A stretch of 64,000 bases of DNA, from contig UQDA01000013.1 of assembly GCA_900539715.1 (NCBI GenBank), forward strand, positions 8,235 to 72,234. The letters are read 5' to 3'. The position numbers and the translations under genes were made by a program. Source of the DNA: an uncultured Lachnospiraceae bacterium (GTDB lineage Bacteria > Bacillota > Clostridia > Lachnospirales > Lachnospiraceae). The notes under the pieces were generated by a model. The model made no database searches and was not told the origin of the DNA. It saw only the letters and a list, made by a program, of their open reading frames with translations. This document shows positions 20,401-28,161 of this stretch, in pieces. The stretch's first letter is position 1; the number at the start of each line of letters is the position of its first letter.

Positions 20401-21066
20401 AGGAATCTGTATCCGGCTTCTTACCGCAGAAAAACCGACAGGCTGCTTTTTGCCGAGCGCCGCCAGAAATTCCTCCACATTCGCTTCATTTCCAAAACTC
20501 ACGGACAAACCTCTGTAGAGCAGGGCTGTTTCTTCCTCCCCCTCACACAGCCGCGCAAAGTCCTTCGTATAAAAGAGCTTTACCGCCTCCTGCCAGTTAT
20601 TGCGGGCAAGTCCTGCAAATTCCGTCATGTCCCGTATCTCGCCCTGAGAGGAAATGACCGCCTCCTCCCGCACGATGACCTGCCATGGAACTTCATATTC
20701 CCCATAATTTGACAGCACAAAAAAACGCCCGCTGCGGCTCTCCCCCGGCTCCATACCGGAAGCATCGAACCGATAGACTATCTGCTCCTGCATCCCGTTA
20801 AACCGCGGAGACGGACACGTCATCCTCTCATCTCCTGTAGAAATAATCCCGACAGCCGGCTGCTCTGCCCCCGCTGCTGCCGCAAAGCTCCCCTCTGCAA
20901 CCTGACCCGGACGCACAAAAAGCTCCGCCTGCTTCACCGAAAAATATAACTTTCCCTCTATCCTGCGATAACCCTCTGCCAAAATCTGTTCTTCCAGTTT
21001 CCTCACAGCGCGGAACTCTCCTTTCTCGTGCCACAAACGGCAGGCGTTTGAGGCTGCAGCGAACAA
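17434..21066 (-). CDS. hypothetical 1210-aa protein with an N-terminal beta-sandwich-like region and a roughly 850-aa C-terminal helical repeat region
   Basis: A long uninterrupted ORF. The ORF track starts at a TTG, but the likely true start is the GTG at about 21015, preceded by AAAGGAGAG. There is no TM segment or signal peptide. Confidence 0.65.
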   Translation of the reverse strand: MFAAASNACRLWHEKGEFRAVRKLEEQILAEGYRRIEGKLYFSVKQAELFVRPGQVAEGSFAAAAGAEQPAVGIISTGDERMTCPSPRFNGMQEQIVYRFDASGMEPGESRSGRFFVLSNYGEYEVPWQVIVREEAVISSQGEIRDMTEFAGLARNNWQEAVKLFYTKDFARLCEGEEETALLYRGLSVSFGNEANVEEFLAALGKKQPVGFSAVRSRIQIPEIRETMSEEIQVLKNGWGPVHLTVEAQGDFLTLEKSRIGEDDFLGNLCRIPVFLNEERMHDGNNFGRICFSWKGGSFAVEVEARRSTMQRKIKDRRDREFKACILKLVTLYQQFRMKKTDAASWQAKTQECVERMAHCDRQRAVSKLFLAQLLLTQQKNEEAGWVLKQAKPFVEEADVVTGCYYLYLVSLYKKDETYTRRVCAKVEEVFAQHPREWRIAWLLLFLSRNLNHSASRKWQFLMEQFEKGCKSPVMYLEAMQLLNAEPALLTGFDGVVKQILAYGARQGIVSENLEGQLAELAGREKYFDRTLFEILRLIWEKDRNTDILWAICTLLIKGGVREKAYHVWYERGVENRLRVTRLYEYYLMTMDLSERRELPKSVLLYFAYQSNLDWEYAAYLYACVDERRDEDTELYITYKPQIDRFLEDCLYKGRVNRDLAWLYRRNLQSGRVEAAQGAMLAELFGSEEIFVPEQENARRGKKLVVLHRQIKGEEVWLLQKGRACISRYGGEMLLLTEDEEQNRCVVNEKAQLTPLFEKKEILAVWNEQELLEWGKDSLVFRISAAEGQGEICAENESCYEALAGEPRLEEYYARKVRGRLAAYLQKAGREKQLRSFLRNLEKEQVSSEECLSVTGMLVMQGFYEKAYQWLEGEELSRLEPGILLRLGTGLLERGLFSGQKRMTALCAQAALGGKYDARILQELTDWYEGSIAELEVIKREAEGFGVDTWQLCRRMMGQMLFAGIDVTERMDILRQYMKGGGHGQLLLAFLHRCAYSGVVEHMPVHTAAIHAILKQLGQKEPVSELCRIAVLEYYAKNRQLFSEKDRGLLCETAEQLFAGNCIVPVLKELGDLTAQAGLLQDKTFVVYYGKEGKRPLLHWRTVSEQTPAGDYETREFLCAGGCIYTAAFILFPGENLQYFVTAADEPGTILESGLLKAEGCPASAQDSRYGQLCSVAQAKLSRNAREASEGLVRYLYQSFCAERLFGILE

Positions 21067-21079
21067 GTAATATCATTTT
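21028..21079 (-). promoter_or_regulatory. 52-bp repeat copy A containing the palindrome CCACAAACG-N5-CGTTTGAGG and an extended -10-like TGaTATTAC, immediately upstream of the RBS of the 1210-aa gene
   Basis: A direct repeat of 21178-21229. The inverted repeat is seen directly in the sequence. Confidence 0.5.
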
Positions 21080-21177
21080 GTTACTGTTCACCGGCAAGCC
21101 AGTAAGCAGTAACTTTCGCGGGCCCATTTAAAGTTTTTGCTACGCAAAAGAGGCCCGCTCACTCCCGAATCACGTTC

Positions 21178-21229
21178 TTACGCCACAAACGGCAGGCGTT
21201 TGTGGCTACAGTGAACAAGTAATATCATT
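21178..21229 (-). promoter_or_regulatory. 52-bp repeat copy B with the perfect palindrome CCACAAACG-GCAGG-CGTTTGTGG and TGaTATTAC
   Basis: See copy A. The two copies are separated by a roughly 100-nt segment that has two stem-loops. Confidence 0.5.
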
Positions 21230-21258
21230 TTACCCTATTTCACTTTATCGCGCAAGAT

Positions 21259-21287
21259 GGCTTGACAGCATCAGCTTCTTGTAGTAT
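21259..21287 (+). promoter_or_regulatory. sigma-A promoter TTGACA-17-TATTGT for gntR, followed by the imperfect palindrome TTGTATTAACTCAATAGTACAA
   Basis: The hexamers and palindrome are seen in the sequence. Confidence 0.4.
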
Positions 21288-21347
21288 TGTTGTATTAACT
21301 CAATAGTACAAATATATTGCCGCATCTGCGGAAGAAAGGAGAACGCT

Positions 21348-21722
21348 ATGGCATGGGAACTGGACTCTGACCGTCCCATCTACGCCCAGCTCGTAGAACG
21401 TTTAAAGCTTGAAATCGTTTCAGGCCTTTATCCTCCGGGCGCAAGGCTTCCAAGCGTCCGGGAGCTCGCCGCTACAGCCGGGGTCAACCCAAATACGATG
21501 CAGAAGGCTTTTTCCGAACTGGAACGTACCGGGCTCATCATCACACAGCGCACCAGCGGAAGGATCGTCACGGAGGACAGACAGATGATACTCGATACGC
21601 GCATGGAGCTTGCCGAGGAGCAGATCGTCCTGTTTTTAACAAAAATGCAGAGCCTCGGCTTTCAAAAAGACGATATCATACGGCTTTTATCCGAAAAAAA
21701 GGAGGAGGAACATCATGAATGA
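21348..21722 (+). CDS. GntR-family (YtrA-subfamily, short C-terminus) transcriptional regulator
   Basis: 124 aa with a GntR winged HTH (SVRELAATAGVNPNTMQKAF) and a short C-terminal tail. It heads an ABC exporter operon, like ytrA. Confidence 0.8.
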   Translation: MAWELDSDRPIYAQLVERLKLEIVSGLYPPGARLPSVRELAATAGVNPNTMQKAFSELERTGLIITQRTSGRIVTEDRQMILDTRMELAEEQIVLFLTKMQSLGFQKDDIIRLLSEKKEEEHHE

Positions 21723-22428
21723 ACTTTCTGCCGACAGCCTCGTGTCCGTCCGCGGGCTCACCAAACGATACGGTAAGAAGACGGCACTCGACCATCTGGA
21801 CTTAGACATTCCTGCCGGGCGCATCATCGGCCTGTTAGGCCCCAACGGCAGTGGGAAATCCACGCTCATCAAGCTCTTATGCGGGCTCCTGGTACCTTCC
21901 TCCGGACAGATACGGATTGCGGGGAATGCTCCCGGCATCGCCACCAAGGCCTGCGTCTCCTACCTGCCGGAGCGCACTTATCTGCCCGACACTATCCGCA
22001 TCCGGGAGCTGGTTTCCTTTTTTGCGGATTTTTATGAAGATTTTGACCGCCAGAAGGCGCTCGATATGCTGGATGTGCTCAGGCTTTCCCCGGACAGCCC
22101 TTTAAAGACACTTTCTAAAGGCTCCCGCGAGAAGGTCCAGCTCATCATGGTCATGAGCCGACGTGCAAAGCTCTATATTTTGGACGAGCCTATCGCCGGC
22201 GTTGATCCTGCCGCAAGAGATTTCATTTTAAAGACCATCATCCGGGATTATCAGGAGGACGCATCCATACTCATTTCCACGCATCTTATCTCCGATATCG
22301 AGCCTATACTTGACGACGTTATCTTTTTAAAAGAAGGCAGGCTCCTGCTGTCTTCCAGTGTAGAAGATATCCGCGACGCCGAACGCAGGTCGGTGGACGC
22401 ATATTTCCGGGAGGTGTTCTCATGTTAA
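21715..22428 (+). CDS. ABC transporter ATP-binding protein
   Basis: Walker A GPNGSGKST, signature LSKGSREK and Walker B ILDEP. It overlaps the upstream gene (ATGAATGA). Confidence 0.9.
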   Translation: MNELSADSLVSVRGLTKRYGKKTALDHLDLDIPAGRIIGLLGPNGSGKSTLIKLLCGLLVPSSGQIRIAGNAPGIATKACVSYLPERTYLPDTIRIRELVSFFADFYEDFDRQKALDMLDVLRLSPDSPLKTLSKGSREKVQLIMVMSRRAKLYILDEPIAGVDPAARDFILKTIIRDYQEDASILISTHLISDIEPILDDVIFLKEGRLLLSSSVEDIRDAERRSVDAYFREVFSC

Positions 22429-23258
22429 ACAAACTTATCCGTCATGAATGGAAAAATACATGGAAGATTCCCTGCATCATCTTCGGCGTTTTTCTCGCGC
22501 TCTCTGCGGCATGCTTTTCCTATTTCGGGCTCCGTCCGAACGCTCCTGAAGGTGTCGAGATCAACATGGGGGAAATGCTTATCTTCATCGGTTATATGCT
22601 GGCCATCAGCGCATTTTCCATTTTCATCCAGATTTATTTTGCAATACGCTTTTACAAAAACCTGTATACCGACGAAGGCTATCTGATGCACACGCTCCCG
22701 GTAAAACCCTGGATGCTCATCGCATCCAAAACAGTCGTGGCAACGTTCTGGTATTATCTTACCTCTATCCTTACCACGGCTCTGTGCTTCCCGGTCATTT
22801 TCCTTTCTCTCCCGAAAATGGTCTATCTTTCTCCGGAAGCCCTTGAACAATACCATCGTTTCGTTTCCCATATTCCCGGCATGATGCTGGAAGAACCGCT
22901 GAAGGTCTTTTTCGTAGCAGTCCCCTTCTCCCTGCTCTCCAGCGCTTTTTCCGTTTTGCTCATCTACGCCGCGGCTTCTTTAGGACAGCTGTTTTCGCGT
23001 CACAGGGTACTTGCGTCCATCATGTGCTACTTCGGTTTGAACGCCCTTGTTTCAGCCGTTTCCATGCTCGTCATGCTTCCTTCGATGGGAGGCCTTGTCA
23101 TCACGCATGCCGATGACCTGGCACAAAACCCTACCGCTCTCTTCCCGCCCGCCATGTGGACTGCCTTTGGCTCATCCCTTGTCGTTTCCATCATCTGCGG
23201 CGCGGCATCCTTTTTCCTGAGCGATTATATCATGCGTCACAGTCTGAATCTGGATTAG
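22422..23258 (+). CDS. ABC-2-type exporter permease
   Basis: 278 aa with 6 TM segments. It overlaps the ATPase gene. Confidence 0.7.
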   Translation: MLNKLIRHEWKNTWKIPCIIFGVFLALSAACFSYFGLRPNAPEGVEINMGEMLIFIGYMLAISAFSIFIQIYFAIRFYKNLYTDEGYLMHTLPVKPWMLIASKTVVATFWYYLTSILTTALCFPVIFLSLPKMVYLSPEALEQYHRFVSHIPGMMLEEPLKVFFVAVPFSLLSSAFSVLLIYAAASLGQLFSRHRVLASIMCYFGLNALVSAVSMLVMLPSMGGLVITHADDLAQNPTALFPPAMWTAFGSSLVVSIICGAASFFLSDYIMRHSLNLD

Positions 23259-23387
23259 AGCCGGCACATACGCTGTTTTCTCAAACATACGAACACACTT
23301 TTTAATATCTCCCGCATATACTGGTATCACAGATGCCGCCAGCGCTTTTCTTTCCGGCGGCAAAATCCAGACTGCGGGAGGTTTTTT

Positions 23388-24659
23388 ATGTCCGTTCCTT
23401 TTTACGCCGCCCAGAACGGCTCTCTTTCCTATACCGGTTCGCTGCAGGTAAATGTCACTTCTTCTGTCGGCTTTATTCCCATTCCTGATGCTTCCATCAC
23501 AATTTCTGACAGCAGTATGCCGGAACAGACGCTCGAACAGCTCATGACCGATGAATCCGGACAGACTGTCCCTGTTTCTCTTCCTGCACCTGACCCGGAA
23601 TATTCGCAGGAGCCCGACCGTCCCCGTCCCTATACGGATTACACCATCGAGGTAGAAGCGCCCGGCTATGAACCCGTGCGCGTGACAGGTTCCGAACTTT
23701 TACCCAACGAGCTGAGCATCCAGCCCATCTCTCTGAATCCCATTGAAGTTTCAGACAACCGTCCCGAAGAGGATATCGATATTCCCGACCATACCCTGTA
23801 CGGAGAGTATCCGCCCAAAATACCGGAGGCAGAGATAAAGACCGATCCCGAGACCGGTGAAATCGTTTTAAGCCGCGTCGTCATCCCTGAATACGTCGTC
23901 GTCCATGACGGCGTCCCCGATGATACGTCCGCCCCCAATTATTATGTTCGCTATAAGGACTACATCAAAAACGTGGCTTCCTCTGAAATCTATGCGACCT
24001 GGCCGGAAAGTTCCATTTACGCAAACATCCTTGCGATACAGTCCTTTACGTTAAACCGGGTGTATACGGAATGGTACCGCGCCAAAGGATATCCCTTTAC
24101 CATTACCTCTTCTACCGCCTATGACCAGAAATTCATTTATGGGCGCAATATTTACAGCAATATCAGCCGTCTTGTGGATTCTATCTTTGCAAATTACCTG
24201 TCCCGTCCCGGCGTCCGACAGCCTATTTTTACAAGCTACTGCGACGGCGACCGAGTCACCTGTCAGGGGCTTTCCCAGTGGGGATCAAAATATCTCGGTG
24301 ATCAGGGCTATTCCGCCATTGATATCATCCGCTACTACTATGGAAACGATATGTATATCAATTCTGCCTCTGCCATCAGCGGAGTCCCCTCTTCATGGCC
24401 CGGCTATGACCTTGGTATCGGCGCCTCCGGCGGAAAGGTCCGGCCGATGCAGGAACAGTTAAACCGCATTGCCCGGAATTACCCGGCCATACCGCGCATT
24501 ACCCCCGATGGCATCTTCGGCCAGCGCACTTCGCAAGCCGTAAAAACCTTCCAGCGGATATTCGGATTAAATCCCACCGGGGTCGTGGATTATCCCACAT
24601 GGTATCAGATTTCCAATATTTATGTGGCTGTATCCCGTATTGCTGAGCCGGGAACATAA
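23388..24659 (+). CDS. SpoIID/LytB-like domain protein with a C-terminal peptidoglycan-binding (PG_binding_1) domain
   Basis: The middle region is SpoIID-like. The C-terminus DGIFGQRTSQAVKTFQ...PTGVVDYPTW is a PG_binding_1 motif. Confidence 0.55.
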   Translation: MSVPFYAAQNGSLSYTGSLQVNVTSSVGFIPIPDASITISDSSMPEQTLEQLMTDESGQTVPVSLPAPDPEYSQEPDRPRPYTDYTIEVEAPGYEPVRVTGSELLPNELSIQPISLNPIEVSDNRPEEDIDIPDHTLYGEYPPKIPEAEIKTDPETGEIVLSRVVIPEYVVVHDGVPDDTSAPNYYVRYKDYIKNVASSEIYATWPESSIYANILAIQSFTLNRVYTEWYRAKGYPFTITSSTAYDQKFIYGRNIYSNISRLVDSIFANYLSRPGVRQPIFTSYCDGDRVTCQGLSQWGSKYLGDQGYSAIDIIRYYYGNDMYINSASAISGVPSSWPGYDLGIGASGGKVRPMQEQLNRIARNYPAIPRITPDGIFGQRTSQAVKTFQRIFGLNPTGVVDYPTWYQISNIYVAVSRIAEPGT

Positions 24660-24701
24660 GCCCTGTATGAAAAATTTTATATATCCTTTAGAAAAGGACG
24701 C

Positions 24702-24736
24702 AGTTGACATGCCGGCTGGTTATCTGTATAATTTCT
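24702..24736 (+). promoter_or_regulatory. consensus sigma-A promoter TTGACA-17-TATAAT
   Basis: Perfect hexamers with 17-bp spacing, 50 nt upstream of the 24786 ATG. Confidence 0.7.
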
Positions 24737-24785
24737 CTCCGCTTTGTCTTTGACAATTATCTTCGAGCGTAAAGGAGAGATTTTT

Positions 24786-25853
24786 ATGAACATTTATGAT
24801 GAACTGCAGCTCAATCAGGCAGGTTCAAAGCAGCTTATCAAAAAAGCGCAGAGCCGGAAGGATAAGCTGCGCCATCTGCTTATCTACCTGTTCAAGATTT
24901 TTATCACCGTAGCCTTCTGTATGGTCTTTGTCATGGCGTACGGTGCAATTTTTCAAAATGACAACAGTATCGTAGGCGTTGTCGTCCTGCTCTGTCTTCT
25001 TGTTTTCCGGCAGGCTGACCTTGGCATAGACGCGAAACATTCTCTGCTGTCGCTTTCCGTTATCTTCGGCATTCTCGCATTTGCCCCGAAAGCCGCAAAT
25101 ATGGCAGGACCTGCCCTTTCCTTTTTCATCCATCTGGGAAGCATTTTTGCCCTCATGTTCCTGGGCTGTCACAATGTCGTCATGTTCAATCATGCGACCC
25201 TTGTGCTGTCCTATCTGCTGCTGTTTGGCTATGATGTTTCCGGGACTGCCTACCTGTACCGGCTGGCAGGGCTTTTATCCGGTCTGGTTCTGACCTCGGC
25301 AGTTTTTTACCGCAATCACAAAAACCGGCCTTATAAAAGGAACATGCAGCATCTGTTTGAAGAATTTGACCTGACCTCTTCCCGGACTCGCTGGTATCTG
25401 ACTCTGACCTTCGGAGTTTCCACACTGCTTTTTGTATCCCGCATCTTCGGCCTTCCCCGTCCCATGTGGGCAGGTATCGCCGCGATGTCGGTACTCGCCC
25501 CCTTCCGTCAGGACCAGAAAGCAAGGGCATTTGCCCGGATTCCCGGCAATCTGGCGGGCGGCGCGCTGTTTTTCCTTATCTACTCTGTCATGCCCGTTTC
25601 CCTGCATCCATTCATCGGGCTTTTGGGCGGCGTCGGAGTCGGATTATCCGCAACCTATGGCTGGCAGTCTGTCTTTAACTCCCTTGGAGCCATCTATGTG
25701 GCGACAGAGCTTCTGACGCTTCCCGGCGCTATCTTCTTCCGTATTTTCAACAATGTTCTGGGCGCCGTCTACGCCCTCGCTTTTGCGTGGTTCTTTGAAA
25801 AAGCGCTGGAAAAGATAGCTGACCGGGCTTCTTCCCAGACCGCTGTAAAATAA
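24786..25853 (+). CDS. polytopic membrane protein (FUSC/ArAE-like exporter family, tentative)
   Basis: Multiple TM helices. AAAGGAGAG RBS. Confidence 0.45.
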   Translation: MNIYDELQLNQAGSKQLIKKAQSRKDKLRHLLIYLFKIFITVAFCMVFVMAYGAIFQNDNSIVGVVVLLCLLVFRQADLGIDAKHSLLSLSVIFGILAFAPKAANMAGPALSFFIHLGSIFALMFLGCHNVVMFNHATLVLSYLLLFGYDVSGTAYLYRLAGLLSGLVLTSAVFYRNHKNRPYKRNMQHLFEEFDLTSSRTRWYLTLTFGVSTLLFVSRIFGLPRPMWAGIAAMSVLAPFRQDQKARAFARIPGNLAGGALFFLIYSVMPVSLHPFIGLLGGVGVGLSATYGWQSVFNSLGAIYVATELLTLPGAIFFRIFNNVLGAVYALAFAWFFEKALEKIADRASSQTAVK

Positions 25854-25879
25854 ATCCATTACAATCATGCAAAAAGCTC

Positions 25880-25918
25880 CCCTCCGCAGTATAAATACGC
25901 GTCGGGGAGCTTTTTATG
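25880..25918. terminator. bidirectional terminator AAAAGCTCCCC-N21-GGGGAGCTTTT
   Basis: An 11-bp stem including A/T runs, between convergent genes. Confidence 0.7.
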
Positions 25919-25933
25919 CGATAAGAACCTCTG

Positions 25934-27979
25934 TTATTTTGTTAAAAGCATCATGATGTCATTGGAGCGTGTCACAAACTTGGTCATCGCCTCGGGAGAC
26001 AGCGGAGCATTCTGGAGCTTTGCCAGATCATAGAGCTGCTCGCATATCATCTTTGTGTTGTCATCCTCTTCATGCTCTGTAATGTAGCCTACGAGCGGAT
26101 GGTTCGCATTCAGCACAAGCGTCTCGCCCTCTGCGCCGAACATATCCATACCGCCGCCGTACATCTTCATCATATCCTGCATTCTGCGGGTCTCCTCTGA
26201 GACTGTCAGGACGGAGGATACTTTTTTATTTTTCAGCTTCTCTATCTTTACTTTTATCTTGTCATTTTTCAGTGCCTTCTGAACGAGCTTTTCCACCTTC
26301 TCCGCCTGAGCGTTCATCTCTTCCTGCGCCTTCTTGCTCGTCTTTGCCTTGAACGCCTCGGTCAGGTCCGCATCAATGCGTGCAAAGTGGATGCCTTCAT
26401 TTTTAGCCTCCAGCTGAGAGATGAAGGGCTGGTCGATACGCTCTGTCAGCATCACCGCATCCATCTTCGCAGATCTGAACATGTTGATGTACTGGCTCTG
26501 CTGATTTTCATCGGTCACATAATATATCGTCTTTTCCTTCTTTTCTTCTTCGGAATCCTCGCCGTCTTCCACCTTGTCCTCTACAACCTCAGCTTCCACC
26601 TTTTCGCCGTTTTCATCCACAGCAGACTCGGAAACTTCGTCAGGATCGCTCTTGCCTACTTCCAGGCACTCGGGCAGTGTCATATATTTGCCATCCAGAT
26701 TCTTAAAGAGGATATAATCCGTCATCTTCTCGCAGAACTTCTCGTCCTTTAAGCAGCCGAACTTGATAAACGGAGCGATATCGTCCCAATACTTCTCGTA
26801 CTCTTCCTTGTCGGTCTTGCACATGCCGGACAGCTTATCCGCCACCTTCTTCGTGATATAATCGGAAATCTTCTTCACGAAACCATCGTTCTGCAGCGCG
26901 CTTCTGGAAACATTAAGCGGCAGGTCCGGACAATCTATCACACCCTTTAACAGCAGCAAAAATTCCGGAATGACTTCCTTGATATTGTCCGCTACGAACA
27001 CCTGATTGTTATACAGCTTTATCTGGCCTTCGATGGACTCGTATTCCATATTGATCTTCGGGAAATACAGGATACCTTTTAAGTTGAACGGATAATCCAT
27101 ATTCAGATGTATCCAGAACAGCGGCTCCTTATAATCCATAAATACTTTGCGGTAAAAGTCAACGTAATCCTCTTTTGAGCACTCGCTGGGATTTTTCATC
27201 CACAAAGGATGAGTATCGTTTATCAGCTCAGGACGTTTTACTATCTTTACCTTGTCCGGATCTTCTTCTTTCTCTTTTTTAATCTCTTCCACAACCTGGT
27301 CGGTATCCAGCTTCTCGCTCAACAGAATCGTCTCTGTATCTGTTGTATTCGCTCTGGAAAGATAGATTTCAACCGGCATGAAGGAACAGTATTTCTTTAC
27401 GACCTCTCTGGCCTTGTATTCATTGCAGAACTGCAGGCAGTCCTCATTTAAAAACAGCGTAATGCAGGTGCCGACCTGATCCCATTCTCCGTCCTTCATA
27501 TCGAATTCCGTACCGCCGTCGCACTCCCAGTGAACCGGCTTTGCATCCTTCTGCCAGGAAAGCGTATCGATATGTACTTCATCCGCGACCATGAACGCAG
27601 AATAAAAGCCCAGACCAAAGTGTCCGATTATCTGGTCATCGTTCGTCTTGTCCTTGTACTTTGCGATGAAATCGGTCGCGCCGGAAAATGCTATCTGGTT
27701 GATGTACTCTTCCACCTCGTCCGCCGTCATGCCGACGCCGTTATCGATGAATCTTATTGTCTTTTCATCAGGGTCAACGATTACCTGTACCTTTGCCTGA
27801 TAGCCTTCAGGCAGCTCGTATTCGCCCATCATATCCAGCTTTTTCAGCTTGGTGATAGCATCGCAGCCGTTAGATATCAGCTCTCTGTAAAAAATGTCGT
27901 GGTCAGAATACAGCCACTTCTTGATTATCGGAAAAATGTTTTCGCTGTTGATTGATAATGCTCCATGCTTATTTGCCAT
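25934..27979 (-). CDS. htpG: molecular chaperone HtpG (Hsp90)
   Basis: GHKL ATPase N-domain (ELISNGCDAITK) plus Hsp90 middle and C-terminal domains. The start is at MANKHG. Confidence 0.95.
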   Translation of the reverse strand: MANKHGALSINSENIFPIIKKWLYSDHDIFYRELISNGCDAITKLKKLDMMGEYELPEGYQAKVQVIVDPDEKTIRFIDNGVGMTADEVEEYINQIAFSGATDFIAKYKDKTNDDQIIGHFGLGFYSAFMVADEVHIDTLSWQKDAKPVHWECDGGTEFDMKDGEWDQVGTCITLFLNEDCLQFCNEYKAREVVKKYCSFMPVEIYLSRANTTDTETILLSEKLDTDQVVEEIKKEKEEDPDKVKIVKRPELINDTHPLWMKNPSECSKEDYVDFYRKVFMDYKEPLFWIHLNMDYPFNLKGILYFPKINMEYESIEGQIKLYNNQVFVADNIKEVIPEFLLLLKGVIDCPDLPLNVSRSALQNDGFVKKISDYITKKVADKLSGMCKTDKEEYEKYWDDIAPFIKFGCLKDEKFCEKMTDYILFKNLDGKYMTLPECLEVGKSDPDEVSESAVDENGEKVEAEVVEDKVEDGEDSEEEKKEKTIYYVTDENQQSQYINMFRSAKMDAVMLTERIDQPFISQLEAKNEGIHFARIDADLTEAFKAKTSKKAQEEMNAQAEKVEKLVQKALKNDKIKVKIEKLKNKKVSSVLTVSEETRRMQDMMKMYGGGMDMFGAEGETLVLNANHPLVGYITEHEEDDNTKMICEQLYDLAKLQNAPLSPEAMTKFVTRSNDIMMLLTK

Positions 27980-28071
27980 GAAAATCACGATCCTTTCTTT
28001 CTGTACATATGCCTGACCAATCAGGCTTTATCCTCAGTTTAGTCCCAGACTTCCAAAAAGTCAACAGAAAA

Positions 28072-28098
28072 TTAGCACTCGTTTAAAACGAGTGCTAA
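28072..28098. promoter_or_regulatory. perfect CIRCE element TTAGCACTC-N9-GAGTGCTAA (HrcA operator) upstream of htpG
   Basis: An exact match to the CIRCE consensus. A TTGACT-17-TAAACT promoter lies immediately downstream on the minus strand. Confidence 0.85.
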
Positions 28099-28161
28099 TA
28101 ATCATCCTCAAGCCCGCATACTTACTGGCTTTCCGGTATTTATAAACTTTTTATGAACTGT

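Noticed and set aside
21028-21229. Possibility that the 52-bp direct repeats are IS or MITE termini
   Set aside because: They are direct, not inverted. No transposase or target-site duplication is present. They contain promoter/operator-like elements positioned appropriately for the downstream operon.
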